64,000 bases of DNA from Macrostomum lignano (lineage: Eukaryota): positions 124,001-188,000 of the forward strand of contig NIVC01001688.1 in NCBI GenBank assembly GCA_002269645.1, given 5' to 3'. Shown piece after piece: positions 49,589 to 61,500 of this stretch. The position numbers and the translations under genes were made by a program. A model generated the notes under the pieces. It was not told the DNA's origin, searched no databases, and saw only the letters and a program-made list of their open reading frames with translations. The number at the start of each line of letters is the position of its first letter. Positions within the stretch are counted from its first letter, which is position 1.

Positions 49589-51916
49589 CAGTAGCAAAGG
49601 CCGAGGCCCCCGCACTACCTGCAGCTTAGTGCGGCCAGGCACGGGCACGGGCGCGCTGAGCAGACGCAGAATCCAGGTTTCAATCTCGCGCACGTCGTGC
49701 ATCACCAGCTGGCTGGAGCTGTCGGGGTGCAGGCCGGTCAGCACGGACCAGACCGTCTCTCTGCGGGCCGGTTAGCGGCGAGAATTTTGATAAAAAAAGT
49801 TAAAAAAGAAAACGAGATGACAAAACTATAAGCTAAACACGAAGGCTGAACTAGATGAACTAGACAGTCAGTCAAAACCAGGACAGACAGACACCCAACC
49901 GGGACAGACACAGACACCCAACCGGGACAGACACAGACACCCAACCGGGACAGACACAGACACTCAACCGGGACAGACACAGACACCTAACCGGGACAGA
50001 CACAGACACCCAACCGGGACAGACACAGACACCCAACCGGGACAGACACAGACACCTAACCGGGACAGACACAGACACTCAACCGGGACAGACACAGACA
50101 CTCAACCGGGACAGACACAGACACCTAACCGGGACAGACACAGACACCCAACCGGGACAGACACAGACACCCAACCGGGACAGACACAGACACCCAACCG
50201 GGACAGACACAGACACCCAACCGGGACAGACACAGACACCCAACCGGGACAGACACAGACACCCAACCGGGACAGACACAGACACCCAACCGGGACAGAC
50301 ACAGACACCCAACCGGGACAGACACAGACACTCAACCGGGACAGACACAGACACCCAACCGGGACAGACACAGACACCCAACCGGGACAGACACAGACAC
50401 CTAACCGGGACAGACACAGACACTCAACCGGGACAGACACAGACACTCAACCGGGACAGACACAGACACCTAACCGGGACAGACACAGACACCCAACCGG
50501 GACAGACACAGACACCCAACCGGGACAGACACAGACACCCAACCGGGACAGACACAGACACTCAACCGGGACAGACACAGACACTCAACCGGGACAGACA
50601 CAGACACTCAACCGGGACAGACACAGACACCTAACCGGGACAGACACAGACACCCAACCGGGACAGACACAGACACCCAACCGGGACAGACACAGACACC
50701 CAACCGGGACAGACACAGACACCCAACCGGGACAGACACAGACACCCAACCGGGACAGACACAGACACCCAACCGGGACAGACACAGACACCCAACCGGG
50801 ACAGACACAGACACCCAACCGGGACAGACACAGACACTCAACCGGGACAGACACAGACACCCAACCGGGACAGACACAGACACCCAACCGGGACAGACAC
50901 AGACACCTAACCGGGACAGACACAGACACTCAACCGGGACAGACACAGACACTCAACCGGGACAGACACAGACACCTAACCGGGACAGACACAGACACCC
51001 AACCGGGACAGACACAGACACCCAACCGGGACAGACACAGACACCCAACCGGGACAGACACAGACACCTAACCGGGACAGACACAGACACCCAACCGGGA
51101 CAGACACAGACACCCAACCGGGACAGACACAGACACCCAACCGGGACAGACACAGACACCCAACCGGGACAGACACAGACACCCAACCGGGACAGACACA
51201 GACACCCAACCGGGACAGACACAGACACCCAACCGGGACAGACACAGACACCCAACCGGGACAGACACAGACACCCAACCGGGACAGACACAGACATCCA
51301 ACCGGGACAGACACAGACACCCTTACCTGTTAGGCGTCCTGCCGGCCGCCTGGGAACGCTCGCTGCAGGCGTTAACAATACGCCGAAGCACTTGGAGGCA
51401 CTCGCGAAAACGGGAGAAGAATGGATGATGACTGACCAGACAGAGGCTGGTGAGCAGGCGGCTGCGGGACCGCGAGGTTACCCGCTCAGCCGAGCCTCCG
51501 CCATTCTCAGCGGCCTCAGCGGCCGTCCATCGCCGATCGATGGGCCGATAGAAATTGTGACAGATGCCGTAGCGCACCAGCCCGGAGTCCTTCTCGGTCA
51601 AGGTGAACACGAACGTGCTGCATTCTCGCGAGCCGCTGGACCCGCCGCTGCCTGCCGCAGCCCGACGCTTCGGCCCGGTTGCCAGGCAGCCCTCCGGCTG
51701 GCAGAAGAAGACAATATCCGGCGGCAGATGGAAATCCCGATGATCCTGAGGCGGGTAGCGGCGAAGCAGCTGCGGAGTCTGGGCCAGCGAGTTCTGCTTG
51801 GCTGGCAGGCGGGCGCCCACCAGCACCAGGTAGTCGGCCAGGCGGGGACACAGCGGCTTCTCAGCGGCCAGCGAGTTCAAAAAGGCGCCACCGCCGCCGC
51901 CGCCGCCTCCGCTCAT
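23411..51916 (-). CDS. MADD: MAP kinase-activating death domain protein / Rab3 GEF (DENN family), about 1642 aa; exons 51916-51327, 49760-49619, 49407-49003, 46482-46402, 45370-44827, 43562-43264, 41159-41119, 40843-40485, 38645-38353, 37877-37506, 36008-35912, 35733-35539, 31781-31399, 30140-29956, 29449-28845, 28338-28226, 26147-26078, 24847-24801, 23518-23411
   Basis: [104 protein letters not shown] and [13 protein letters not shown] match recalled MADD/AEX-3 motifs. All junctions are GT-AG and phase-consistent (4929 nt). The low-complexity middle exons are less certain. Confidence 0.93.
23555..23935. repeat. Degenerate ~38-bp minisatellite, last MADD intron
   Basis: Recurrent TTTCGATACATATCGGCTAGAAGA..TCAAGGAG. 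Confidence 0.85.
25062..25586. repeat. 20-bp minisatellite
   Basis: Unit GAGATTCACAGTG(C/A)CATTTT. Confidence 0.95.
26282..27110. repeat. ~39-bp minisatellite with palindromic core
   Basis: Unit TAGATCTATAGATCATGTCTACAGAACATACCGATAGAT; core GATCTATAGATC is a 12-bp palindrome. Confidence 0.95.
28518..28826. repeat. (TGTC)n microsatellite
   Basis: Direct reading. Confidence 0.95.
29500..29920. repeat. 20-bp minisatellite
   Basis: Unit CCTTCCTTTCTAATCCGCTC. Confidence 0.95.
30205..31373. mobile_element. Non-autonomous hAT-type DNA transposon (MITE-like) with an internal 21-bp minisatellite
   Basis: Perfect 14-bp TIRs CAGGGGCGTCGCCA (30205) and TGGCGACGCCCCTG (31360-31373); 8-bp TSD TTCGACAC / TTCGACAT (7/8 match); no transposase ORF. 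Confidence 0.85.
31786..33752. repeat. G-rich 20/21-bp minisatellite containing TTAGGG
   Basis: Unit GGGATTTAGGGTAATGGGTT, grading rightwards to GGGATTTAGGCTAATGAGTGT. Confidence 0.98.
34160..35305. repeat. Two short arrays: ~40 bp x4 (34160-34325) and ~65-68 bp x6 (34925-35305)
   Basis: GATGGTGTACAAGAGACCCTCTGAGCCTACAAACACCCC; TAGTGGACTAGCACACTGACCCTCTCTGGGGGAGCTCAATTAACAACTAGTTCAGAT... Confidence 0.9.
36400..37170 (-). pseudogene. Decayed DNA transposase fragment (hAT-like, family uncertain) in a MADD intron
   Basis: Frameshifted segments [47 protein letters not shown] and PARLDNL, followed by a charged helical tail. Resembles recalled transposase C-terminal regions; at least two frame breaks. 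Confidence 0.5.
37945..38100. mobile_element. Foldback / MITE-like perfect inverted repeat
   Basis: 63-bp arms 37945-38007 and 38038-38100 are exact reverse complements; 30-bp spacer contains the palindrome AGTCACGTGACT; no clear TSD. Confidence 0.7.
38692..39258. repeat. 42-bp minisatellite
   Basis: Unit GCTAATCTAGCCAGCATCACTGATGAAGGAATAGAATGGATT. Confidence 0.96.
39908..41037. repeat. 23-bp (39908-40337) and 16-bp (40856-41037) minisatellites flanking MADD exon 8
   Basis: CACTGATCCCCTCTCCCCATCCA; AGGTGAGGATCAGGGC. Confidence 0.93.
42033..42322 (-). mobile_element. tRNA-derived SINE with CORE-like domain
   Basis: Minus strand: B-box-like GGTTTGATTCCC, then GTGTCCTTGAGCAAGACACTTAAC...CCCAGCTGTAAAATGGG, resembling the MIR/CORE consensus. 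The 5' head looks partly eroded. Confidence 0.65.
42773..43252. promoter_or_regulatory. Tandem array of RFX X-box-like palindromes (~28-bp degenerate minisatellite)
   Basis: GTTGCCATGGAAAC (42773), GTTGCCATGGCAAC (42887), several GTTGTCATGGCAAC and two GTTGCCATAGCAAC. Regulatory function is inferred only. Confidence 0.5.
43865..44800. repeat. (GACA)n microsatellite with variants
   Basis: Direct reading. Confidence 0.97.
45410..45910. repeat. ~39-bp minisatellite
   Basis: Unit CTCTCTCCACACTCACTGGCCAATCAGAGAGCGACAGGC. Confidence 0.93.
46632..48400. repeat. 31-bp (46632-46872) and 22-bp (47480-48400) minisatellites in MADD intron 3
   Basis: GAGAAGGAAGAGTGTACACTGGGGATGAGGG; CCCATCTCCCACACTCACTGAG. 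Confidence 0.95.
49482..51322. repeat. (TGTC)n (49482-49590) and 23-bp minisatellite (49878-51322) in MADD introns 2 and 1
   Basis: Unit ACCGGGACAGACACAGACACCCA. Confidence 0.97.
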
Positions 51917-52304
51917 GATGGCGTTCCGGCTAATGGAGGGCGGGCGATTAGTTCGCGAAAGCAGACAGTCTGCAACAACAACAAGGGAAAGGAGTAAAGT
52001 CAAATTTATTAACTAATCACTGCTGTCTGCAAATAAATGGATTGCTAATTTAAAATCTAGAAGTGCCTCTGACTCAACTGAGGGCTTGTGAACTAAACTG
52101 ACAGAGAAGCTTTTCGAAAAGTGAAATGACAAATCTTGTTGGCAGATGGGGATGCACTGGCGCTGCAGGAGTAGCGATAATATAATTCAAAATAAGCAGG
52201 CAGAAGGCGGCATTGAGACTGGAAATTTCCACACACGCAGAGTCGCTGAAGAATGATAGAAGAGACAGCCATACGGACAAATGGGAATATTGGAGACACT
52301 GACA

Positions 52305-54585
52305 GGAACAGACAGGAACAGTCAATACAGACAGGAACAGACAATACAGACAGAAACAGGCAATACAGACAGAAACAGGCAATACAGACAGAAACAGACA
52401 ATACAGACAGAAACAGGCAATACAGACAGAAACAGACAATACAGACAGAAACAGACAATACAGACAGAAACAGATAATACAGACAGGAACAGGCAATACA
52501 GACAGAAACAGACAATACAGACAGAAACAGATAATACAGACAGGAACAGGCAATACAGACAGGAACAGATAATACAGACAGGAACAGGCAATACAGACAG
52601 GAACAGACAATACAGACAGAAACAGACAATACAGACAGGAACAGGCAATACAGACAGGAACAGGCAATACAGACAGGAACAGGCAATACAGACAGAAACA
52701 GGCAATACAGACAGAAACAGACAATACAGACAGGAACAGACAATACAGACAGGAACAGGCAATACAGACAGGAACAGGCAATACAGACAGAAACAGGCAA
52801 TATAGACAGGAACAGACAATAGACAGGAACAGGCAATACAGACAGGAACAGATAATACAGACAGGAACAGGCAATACAGACAGGAACAGGCAATACAGAG
52901 AAACACACAATACAGACAGGAACAAACAGACGAACAGAAAGCAATATAGACAGGCGATCGCACACTTGCAGATCACTAATAGCAGAGATATGTATTCTTG
53001 GTCAATCAGTCATGCAAAGCAGACTTACACTATCGACTATCCATTTGTTCAATGCAATTCATTGCCTGATATATCAGCGGAAACGAATCAATATACTAAA
53101 ACGGATGGATCTGCTCACTTGTCAGTCGAGAGTCGTGGCAGAGAAAAAGTTTGTTTTTCAAAATTCACTTTTGTCGAACACGCTGATATTCATAAATGCA
53201 TACCGAGGCAACGCCCTCCACCCCTCTCCATGTGCTCAACATCCAATCAACGAGGGGCGCGCACAGTCAGATAGAACACAAGCAATGAGTAGGGGAGGAA
53301 AATTGCCCGAAATCCCCTCGGCTGTTCGCACCACAACACTCACTATATCCTCTCTCTCTCCTCTCTGGAGCGCTCAGAGTTACTTTTCCGCTGACTATGA
53401 CTATGCAACCCCGATAATACCCACAGTGGGGCAGAGTCAGAGAGTGCTAGTATGCTTATTAGCACACAGGCCGGGGCTGCCATGTGATTAATATTAGCTA
53501 AGCTTCCTCAAACTATATTAGTAAGGGGTAAAAGGTCTAGCTAGCTGGACTCGCGTGCTAACTATGCTCAACTGCTGTACTCACTGCTGTGCAGAGTAGA
53601 GAGTGGGCGGCCCGCTAGCTAGCTGTGAATGAATATAATATACGCTACTGAACTGAACCGATCCCAATGAATGAATGCAGTAGGGGGGGGGGGGGGCGGC
53701 GGTTAAATGGGAAAAAGCAGTCAACACGACAGCGTTCGGAGCTCGAGTGCAACCAAGGACCTCAGGAAAATTGGACTGGAAAGCAGGAGGGCACAGGCGC
53801 ACGTCACATTTCTTTATACAAAATAGTTTCTGACTTTCAATTTTTGCTTCAACTAAAGCTTATTACAGCACTCAAGCATTCATTACAGAATTCAAGTATT
53901 CATTACAGAATTCAAGTATTCATTACAGAATTCAAGTATTCATTACAGAATTCAAGTATTCATTACAGAATTCAAGCATTTATTACAGAATTCAAGTACT
54001 CATTACAGAATTCAAGCATTCATTACAGAACTCAAGTATTCATTACAGCACTGAAGTATTAATTACAGCACTCAATAATTCATTGCAGCACTCAAACATT
54101 CATTACAGAACACGAGCATTCTTTAGAGAACTCAAGCATTCATTACAGAACTCGTAGCATTCATTACAGAGAACTCAAGCATTCATTACAGAACTCAAGC
54201 ATTCTTAAGAGAACTCAAGCATTCTTTACAGAACTCAAGCATTCATACAGCACTCAAGTATTCATTACAGAACTCAAGCATTCTTTACAGAACTCAAGCA
54301 TTCATTACAGAACTCGTAGCATCCATTACAGAACTCGTAGCATTCATTACAGAACTCGTAGCATTCATTACAGAACTCAAGCATTCATTACAGAACTCAC
54401 GCATTCATTACAGAACTCAAGCATTCTTTAGAGAACTCAAGCATTCTTTACAGAATTCAAGCATTCATACAGCAATCAAGTATTCATTACAGAACTCAAG
54501 CATTCTTTACAGAACTCAAGCATTCTTTACAGAATTCAAGCATTCATACAGCACTCAAGCATTCATTCAGCACTCAAGCGATCAT
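52305..54585. repeat. 19-bp (52305-52925) and ~20-bp (53865-54585) minisatellites between NDUFS1 and MADD
   Basis: ACAGACAGGAACAGGCAAT; CATTCATTACAGAACTCAAG. Confidence 0.93.
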
Positions 54586-55544
54586 TCAGGTGCTAAAATT
54601 CAGAATCTTGTCAATTTTTTGGCGTTTAACTACCTATTAAGGCGTCTCAAGTTTACTTAATCAATAGTCTGAATGCTTAGTCAGACTGCGCTGAGGGGAA
54701 GGGTAAGAGTTGCTTATTTATTTACTCGCCTAAGCAGTCCAGATACTGTCCTCAGAAATCCATGGCTCAAAGCAGAGGGGGTTAGGAGTATTGGATTGAG
54801 TCAATCTTATCTAACACAGTCAGCACGCCATCTGCAGTGAAGCCTGTCACAGCCTAGCCTGTTATGACAAAAAACTAGTTCATCGTATTGCATATCTCCA
54901 ATATGAAATCAAAGTGCATAAAAACAAGCCTAAAAAATCGATATGATTTTAAACAAGAAACACCCGCTTAACAACAACAAAAAATAAACGGACATGCGTA
55001 GGCCAAAAACAAGAACGCCTAAAAAAGGCCGGTTTGAAATTTCATTTCAATTATTAATATTTATTTATAGAATCGGTTCTAGAGTTTATATTAAACAGCA
55101 TTTCTAAGCTTGCTACAACAGAGCTCCACCTACTAGTTACCTGTTAGGGTGAATTGGGTAACTTCAGGTCTACAGTAGGGAGGGAAGCAGGGACAGCAGT
55201 GGAGGGGGTGCACAACGATATAAAATGGCAGTTTCTAACATTTACAATATCGATTCTATCCTAGCTTCTATTATTTATGCATCACTACTACTGTCGGGGA
55301 AAATACACAAGTAGTATGTATAAGACGCCAGAGTGCACACGGACCTATAGACTACACGCGAATTCCCGAAATGAAATCTATACTTATGCATAGTGACAGC
55401 CCGTAGCAGTTCCACCAGTCCAGCCAATGCCAACAGTTACAGCTGGGCGAAGGGCAACCGAAAAAAAACGCAAATCGAGAGAAACTGTGCACTGAAGGAT
55501 CTGCGCTAATGAACCAGTTTCTATTTTCTTTGGAGTTCAGCGCC

Positions 55545-58500
55545 TCAGTACTTGGTCGGCTTGCTGGCGGCCTGCACGCATTTGGCCATTGTGAGCGATG
55601 ACCTGGAGATGGCGTCCGTCATGTAGAAGTCCGGCAGGTCCATCAGCGACAGCCGGATCGGCGCCGCGTCCAGCTTCGCGTCTCCGGGCTGAAATTGGCC
55701 GAAACTGATTAATTTAGATGTGCAAAATGCGCTGCGCGTGCCCGCTGCTGCTACTGACAGTAGAGTGCTTTGGGTGTTAAATTAATACGAATTAAAACTA
55801 TTGGATATTACATGCACCGAAATACGAGTACCTACAAGACGTAGGTCTGAGAGGCTGGCCCAGAAACTGAGGATCTGGGAGGCTGGCCCAGAAACTGAGG
55901 GTCTCGGAGGCTGGCCCAGAAACTGAGGGTCTGAGAGGCTGGCCCAGCAACTGAGGATCTGGGAGGCTGGCCCATAAACTGAGGGTCTGAGAGGCTGGCC
56001 CAGAAACTGAGGATCTGGGAGGCTGGCCCAGAAACTGAGGGTCTGGGAGGCTGGCCCAGAAACTGAGGGTCTGAGAGGCTGGCCCAGAAACTGAGGATCT
56101 GGGAGGCTGGCCCAGAAACTGAGGATCTGAGAGGCTGGCACAGAAACTGAGGATTTGGGAGGCTGGCCCAGAAACTGAGGGTCTGAGAGGCTGGCACAGA
56201 AACTGAGGATTTGGGAGGCTGGCCCAGAAACTGAGGATCTGGGAGGCTGGCCCAGAAACTGAGGGTCTGGGAGGCTGGCCCAGAAACTGAGGGTCTGAGA
56301 GGCTGGCCCAGAAACTGAGGATCTGGGAGGCTGGCCCAGAAACTGAGGATCTGAGAGGCTGGCACAGAAACTGAGGATTTGGGAGGCTGGCCCAGAAACT
56401 GAGGGTCTGAGAGGCTGGCACAGAAACTGAGGATTTGGGAGGCTTGCTCAACAACTGAGGATGTGGGAGGCTGGCCAAGCAACTGAGAAACTGGGATGCT
56501 GGCCCAGAAACTGAGGAACTGAGAGGCTGGCCCAGCAACTGAGCTGGGAGACTGGCCCAGAAACTCAGGATCTGGGAGGTTGGCCTATTTTTTTATTAGA
56601 GGCAGGGGGGTTGTGTGCACCCTGTCGCACTTTAAGTGACATAGGCACACAACCGGCGAGAGGCATTACTGCCCATTCCGCCGACTCCCCTGAGCAGGCA
56701 TACAAGCGCGCGGATACGTACGCAGGCACACAGTCACACAGTAGTGTACAGCGGCCCTAACTTTATTTTATCGTTAGGCATGTACACTTCACTGCGCCTT
56801 GGGGGGTTGGCTCTCAAGGCCGTTAATTGCACGAGCAGAGCCAAGCCGAGATTCCAATTCAGCCCCAAATTAATGTGACTGCACTTGGAATCGAGCCTGG
56901 GTCGCTGGCACACCAGAGCAGCTGCGCTACCGCTGGGCTACGGCCCCCTTAGGAGGCTGGCCTAGTAACTGGGGATCTGGGAGGCTGGCCCAGCAACTGG
57001 GATTAACATGGGAGATTGGCAGTCGCCCAACCCGAGGCGGCAGCAAAGCAAAAAGCCACGAGAAGCTTACCGACTTGGCCAGCTGCAGGCACTGGCTAAA
57101 GTAGTTGGCCTCTTCAACGCTGTCATAGCGAGTCAGATGCGGCGCAATCTGCGCCATCCGCGCGCGCACCTGGTTGAGGTTGTCGTACGGCAGCGGAGCG
57201 CCAGCCAGTTCGGACAGGGCGCGGACAATTTTCCAGTCCTCGCGGGCGGCGCCGGGCGACGAGACGGCCAGCCGGGTCTGCTGGGCGCGGCCCTCCGTAT
57301 TCACGTAGGTGGCATTCTTCTCGGTGAAGGCGACTCCCGGCAGGACGGCGTCCGCAATGGCGGCTCCATTGTCGCCGTGGCTGCCTGCAGTTGCGGAGTG
57401 GATAGAGGAGAGAGGTGGTTGGATAGAGTGAGATGGGTGAACAGATGAGTGAGGCACACAATGAGTGAGGCACACACAGATGAGTGAGTGAGGGAGGCAC
57501 ACAGATGAGTGTGAGAGGCACACAGAGATAAGTGAGTAAATGAAGTGAGGCACACAGATGAGTGAGTGAGGCACACAGATGAGTGAGTGAGGCACACAGG
57601 GGTGAGTGAGGCACACAGATGAGTGAGTGAGGCACACAGATGAGTGAGTGAGGCACACAGATGAGTGAGTGAGGCACACAGGGGTGAGTGAGGCACACAG
57701 ATGAGTGAGTGAGGCACACAAGGGTGAGTGAGGCACACAGATGAGTGAGTGAGGCACACAGGGGTGAGTGAGGCACACAGATGAGTGAGTGAGGCACACA
57801 GATGAGTGAGTGAGGCACACAGGGGTGAGTGAGGCACACAGATGAGTGAGTGAGGCACACAGGGGTGAGTGAGGCACACAGATGAGTGAGTGAGGCACAC
57901 AGGGGTGAGTGAGGCACACAGATGAGTGAGTGAGGCACACAGATGAGTGAGTGAGGCACACAGATGAGTGAGTGAGGCACACAGGGGTGAGTGAGGCACA
58001 CAGATGAGTGAGTGAGGCACACAGATGAGTGAGTGAGGGACACAGATTAGTGAGTGAGGCACACAGATTAGTGAGTGAGGCACACAGATGAGTGAGTGAG
58101 GCACACAGATGAGTGAGTGAGGCACACAGATGAGTGAGTGAGGGACACAGATTAGTGAGTGAGGCACACAGATTAGTGAGTGAGGCACACAGATGAGTGA
58201 GTGAGGCACACAGATGAGTGAGTGAGGCACACAGATGAGTGAGTGAGGCACACAGATGAGTGAGTGAGGCACACAGATGAGTGAGTGAGGCACACATATA
58301 TAGATCATACCAATATAGACAACGTAGGCATCTGAAGCAAGGTCGGTCCGTTTGATCAGCCCCGCATCGGCGCCCAGCAGGAAGAGAAGGCGAGGCTTGG
58401 CAGCCCGGATGGACTCCGGCCCGGCCCGGTAGCCCAGGTCCAGAGCGGCCACCTGGCTGGCAACCCGGTGCAGCAGGTTGAACACGCGCCAGTCGGCTTC

Positions 58501-61500
58501 CTCGGGATTGGCCGCTTTCATTTTCTGTCGAAGCAACTCGCTGAGCTGCAGGGCCGCAGAGTGCAGGGCCCGGCCGTCGGGCCGGCATAGAGCCTCGCTG
58601 CCCAGCAGGACTAGGGGGCGCTTGGCCGCGGCTAGGGTCTGTTGCGGTAGGAAATTACAAAATGTAGGCGGGGTTCACGTGTCAAAAGAATTCAAGTCTC
58701 GGAGGACTTGGCCCTACTTTCAGAGGTCAAGACAATTCAGTCGCCATTTATTTGTAAAGAAGGTGCAAAACTTTAACACTTCTAATTCATTTTACACAAA
58801 AATCATAAACAAATGTGCAAGACAATTTGGACATTTATGGCCAGTTCAGATACTCCCTGACAGTCGTGACCAGTTCAGATACTCCCTGACAGTCGTGACC
58901 AGTTCAGATACACCCTGACAGTCCTGAGCAGTTCAGATACTCCCTGACAGTCGTGACCAGTTCAGATACTCCCTGACAGTCCTGACCAGTTCAGATACAC
59001 CCTGACAGTCCTGAGCAGTTCAGATACTCCCTGACAGTCCTGAGCAGTTCAGATACACCCTGACAGTCCTGAGCAGTTCAGATACTCCCTGACAGTCCTG
59101 AGCAGTTCAGATACACCCTGACAGTCCTGAGCAGTTCAGATACACCCTGACAGTCCTGAGCAGTTCAGATTTTCACTGGCAATCCTGAGCAGTTCAGATT
59201 TTCACTGGCAATCCTGAGCAGTTCAGATACACTGACAATCCTGAGCAGTTCAGATACACCCTGACAGTCCTGAGCAGTTCAGATACACCCTGACAGTCCT
59301 GAGCAGTTCAGATACACCCTGACAGTCCTGAGCAGTTCAGATACACCCTGACAGTCCTGAGCAGTTCAGATACACCCTGACAGTCCTGAGCAGTTCAGAT
59401 ACACCCTGACAGTCCTGAGCAGTTCAGATACACCCTGACAATCCTGAGCAGTTCAGATACACCCTGACAATCCTGAGCAGTTCAGATACACTGACAATCC
59501 TGAGCAGTTCAGATTTTCACTGGCAATCCTGAGCAGTTCAGATACACCCTGACAGTCCTGAGCAGTTCAGATACACCCTGACAGTCCTGAGCAGTTCAGA
59601 TACACCCTGACAGTCCTGAGCAGTTCAGATACACCCTGACAGTCCTGAGCAGTTCAGATACACCCTGACAGTCCTGAGCAGTTCAGATACACCCTGACAG
59701 TCCTGAGCAGTTCAGATACACCCTGACAGTCCTGAGCAGTTCAGATACACCCTGACAGTCCTGAGCAGTTCAGATACACCCTGACAGTCCTGAGCAGTTC
59801 AGATACACCCTGACAGTCCTGAGCAGTTCAGATACACCCTGACAGTCCTGAGCAGTTCAGATACACCCTGAAAGTCCTGAGCTTTCAACAGTAATTGAGA
59901 AACTGTAAGGCCCTGCTTACCTTGGCAAAAGGATGTGAGCCATCGGCTAAGCGAAGCAGCGTCTCGGGCGAGTCGCCCAGATGATCGTACGTGTACGACA
60001 GGTCAAACTTGGGCCCGACAGAGGCCACAAGAAGCTCGTTGTGAAGCCAGCACTTTCTCAGTCGGGCGTTGAGCACGGGCGCTTCGTAGCGCGGATTCGT
60101 GCCAACTAGCAGCACCAGATCGGCGTCCTCAACGCCGGCAATGCGCGAGTTCATGAGATAGGCGCTGCGCAGATCCGTACAGCCGGGGAACGCTTCCTCT
60201 GTGCAGACCAGCTCAGATTGCGCCGCGTTGACCAGGTCCTTCAGCGCCGTCAGCGACTCAGCGTCGGCGAACGGGCCAGCAAGGACGGCTGTCTGGTCCG
60301 GGGATTCGCGGCTGGCCGACAGGCGGCGGGCCACCTCGTGAAGGGCGTCCGGCCAGTCTGAATCCGTCAGGTTACCGCTGCGACGCAACTGAAGGCCAGA
60401 AAAGACGGTTGACGGTTACTGCTGTGCTGTCTGATTGCTCTGTTGTCTGATTTGTTGTCTGATTGCTCTGTTGTCTGATTTGTTGTCTGATTGCTCTGTT
60501 GTCTGATTTGTTGTCTGATTGCTGTGCTGTCTGATTGCTCTGTTGTCTGATTTGTTGTCTGATTTGTTGTCTGATTTGTTGTCTGATTGCTGTGTTGTCT
60601 GATTGCTGTGCTGTCTGATTTGTTGTTTGATTGCTGTGTTGTCTGATTGCTGTGCTGTCTGATTGCTGTGCTGTCTGATTGCTCTGTTGTTTGATTGCTC
60701 TGTTGTTTGATTGCTCTGTTGTCTGATTGCTCTGTTGTCTGATTGCTCTGTTGTCTGATTGCTCTGTTGTCTGATTGCTCTGTTGTCTGATTGCTCTGTT
60801 GTCTGATTGCTCTGTTGTCTAATTGCTCTGTTGTCTGATTGCTCTGTTGTCTGATTTGTTGTCTGATTGCTGTGCTGTCTGATTTGTTGTCTGATTGCTG
60901 TGTTGTCTGATTTGTTGTTTGATTGCTGTGTTGTCTGATTGCTGTGCTGTCTGATTGCTCTGTTGTTTGATTGCTCTGTTGTCTGATTGCTGTGTTGTCT
61001 GATTGCTGTGTTGTCTGATTGGTGTGTTGTCTGATTTGTTGTCTGATTGCTGTGTTGTCTGATTGCTGTGCTGTCTGATTGCTCTGTTTTCTGATTGGTG
61101 TGTTGTCTGATTGGTGTGTTGTCTGATTGGTGTGTTGTCTGATTGGTGTGTTGTCTGATTGGTGTGTTGTCTGATTGGTGTGTTGTCTGATTGCTCTGTT
61201 GTTTGATTGCTGTGCTGTCTGATTGCTTTGTTGTCTGATTGCTGTGCTGTCTGATTGCTCTGTTGTCTGATTGCTGTGTTGTCTGATTGCGACTGGAGGC
61301 AGTCGGGGTAGCGGCACTCACTGACTGAGAAAGGGAGTGTGGGGTAGCGGAACTCACTGACTGAGGGAGGGAGTGTGGGGTAGCGGAACTCACTGACTGA
61401 GGGAGGGAGTGTGGGGTAGCGGCACTCACTGAAGGCTCAGGACCAAAGCTAAACAAACTAACCATAGGCGCGACCAGACGCTGTCTTTTGAGTCCATCGT

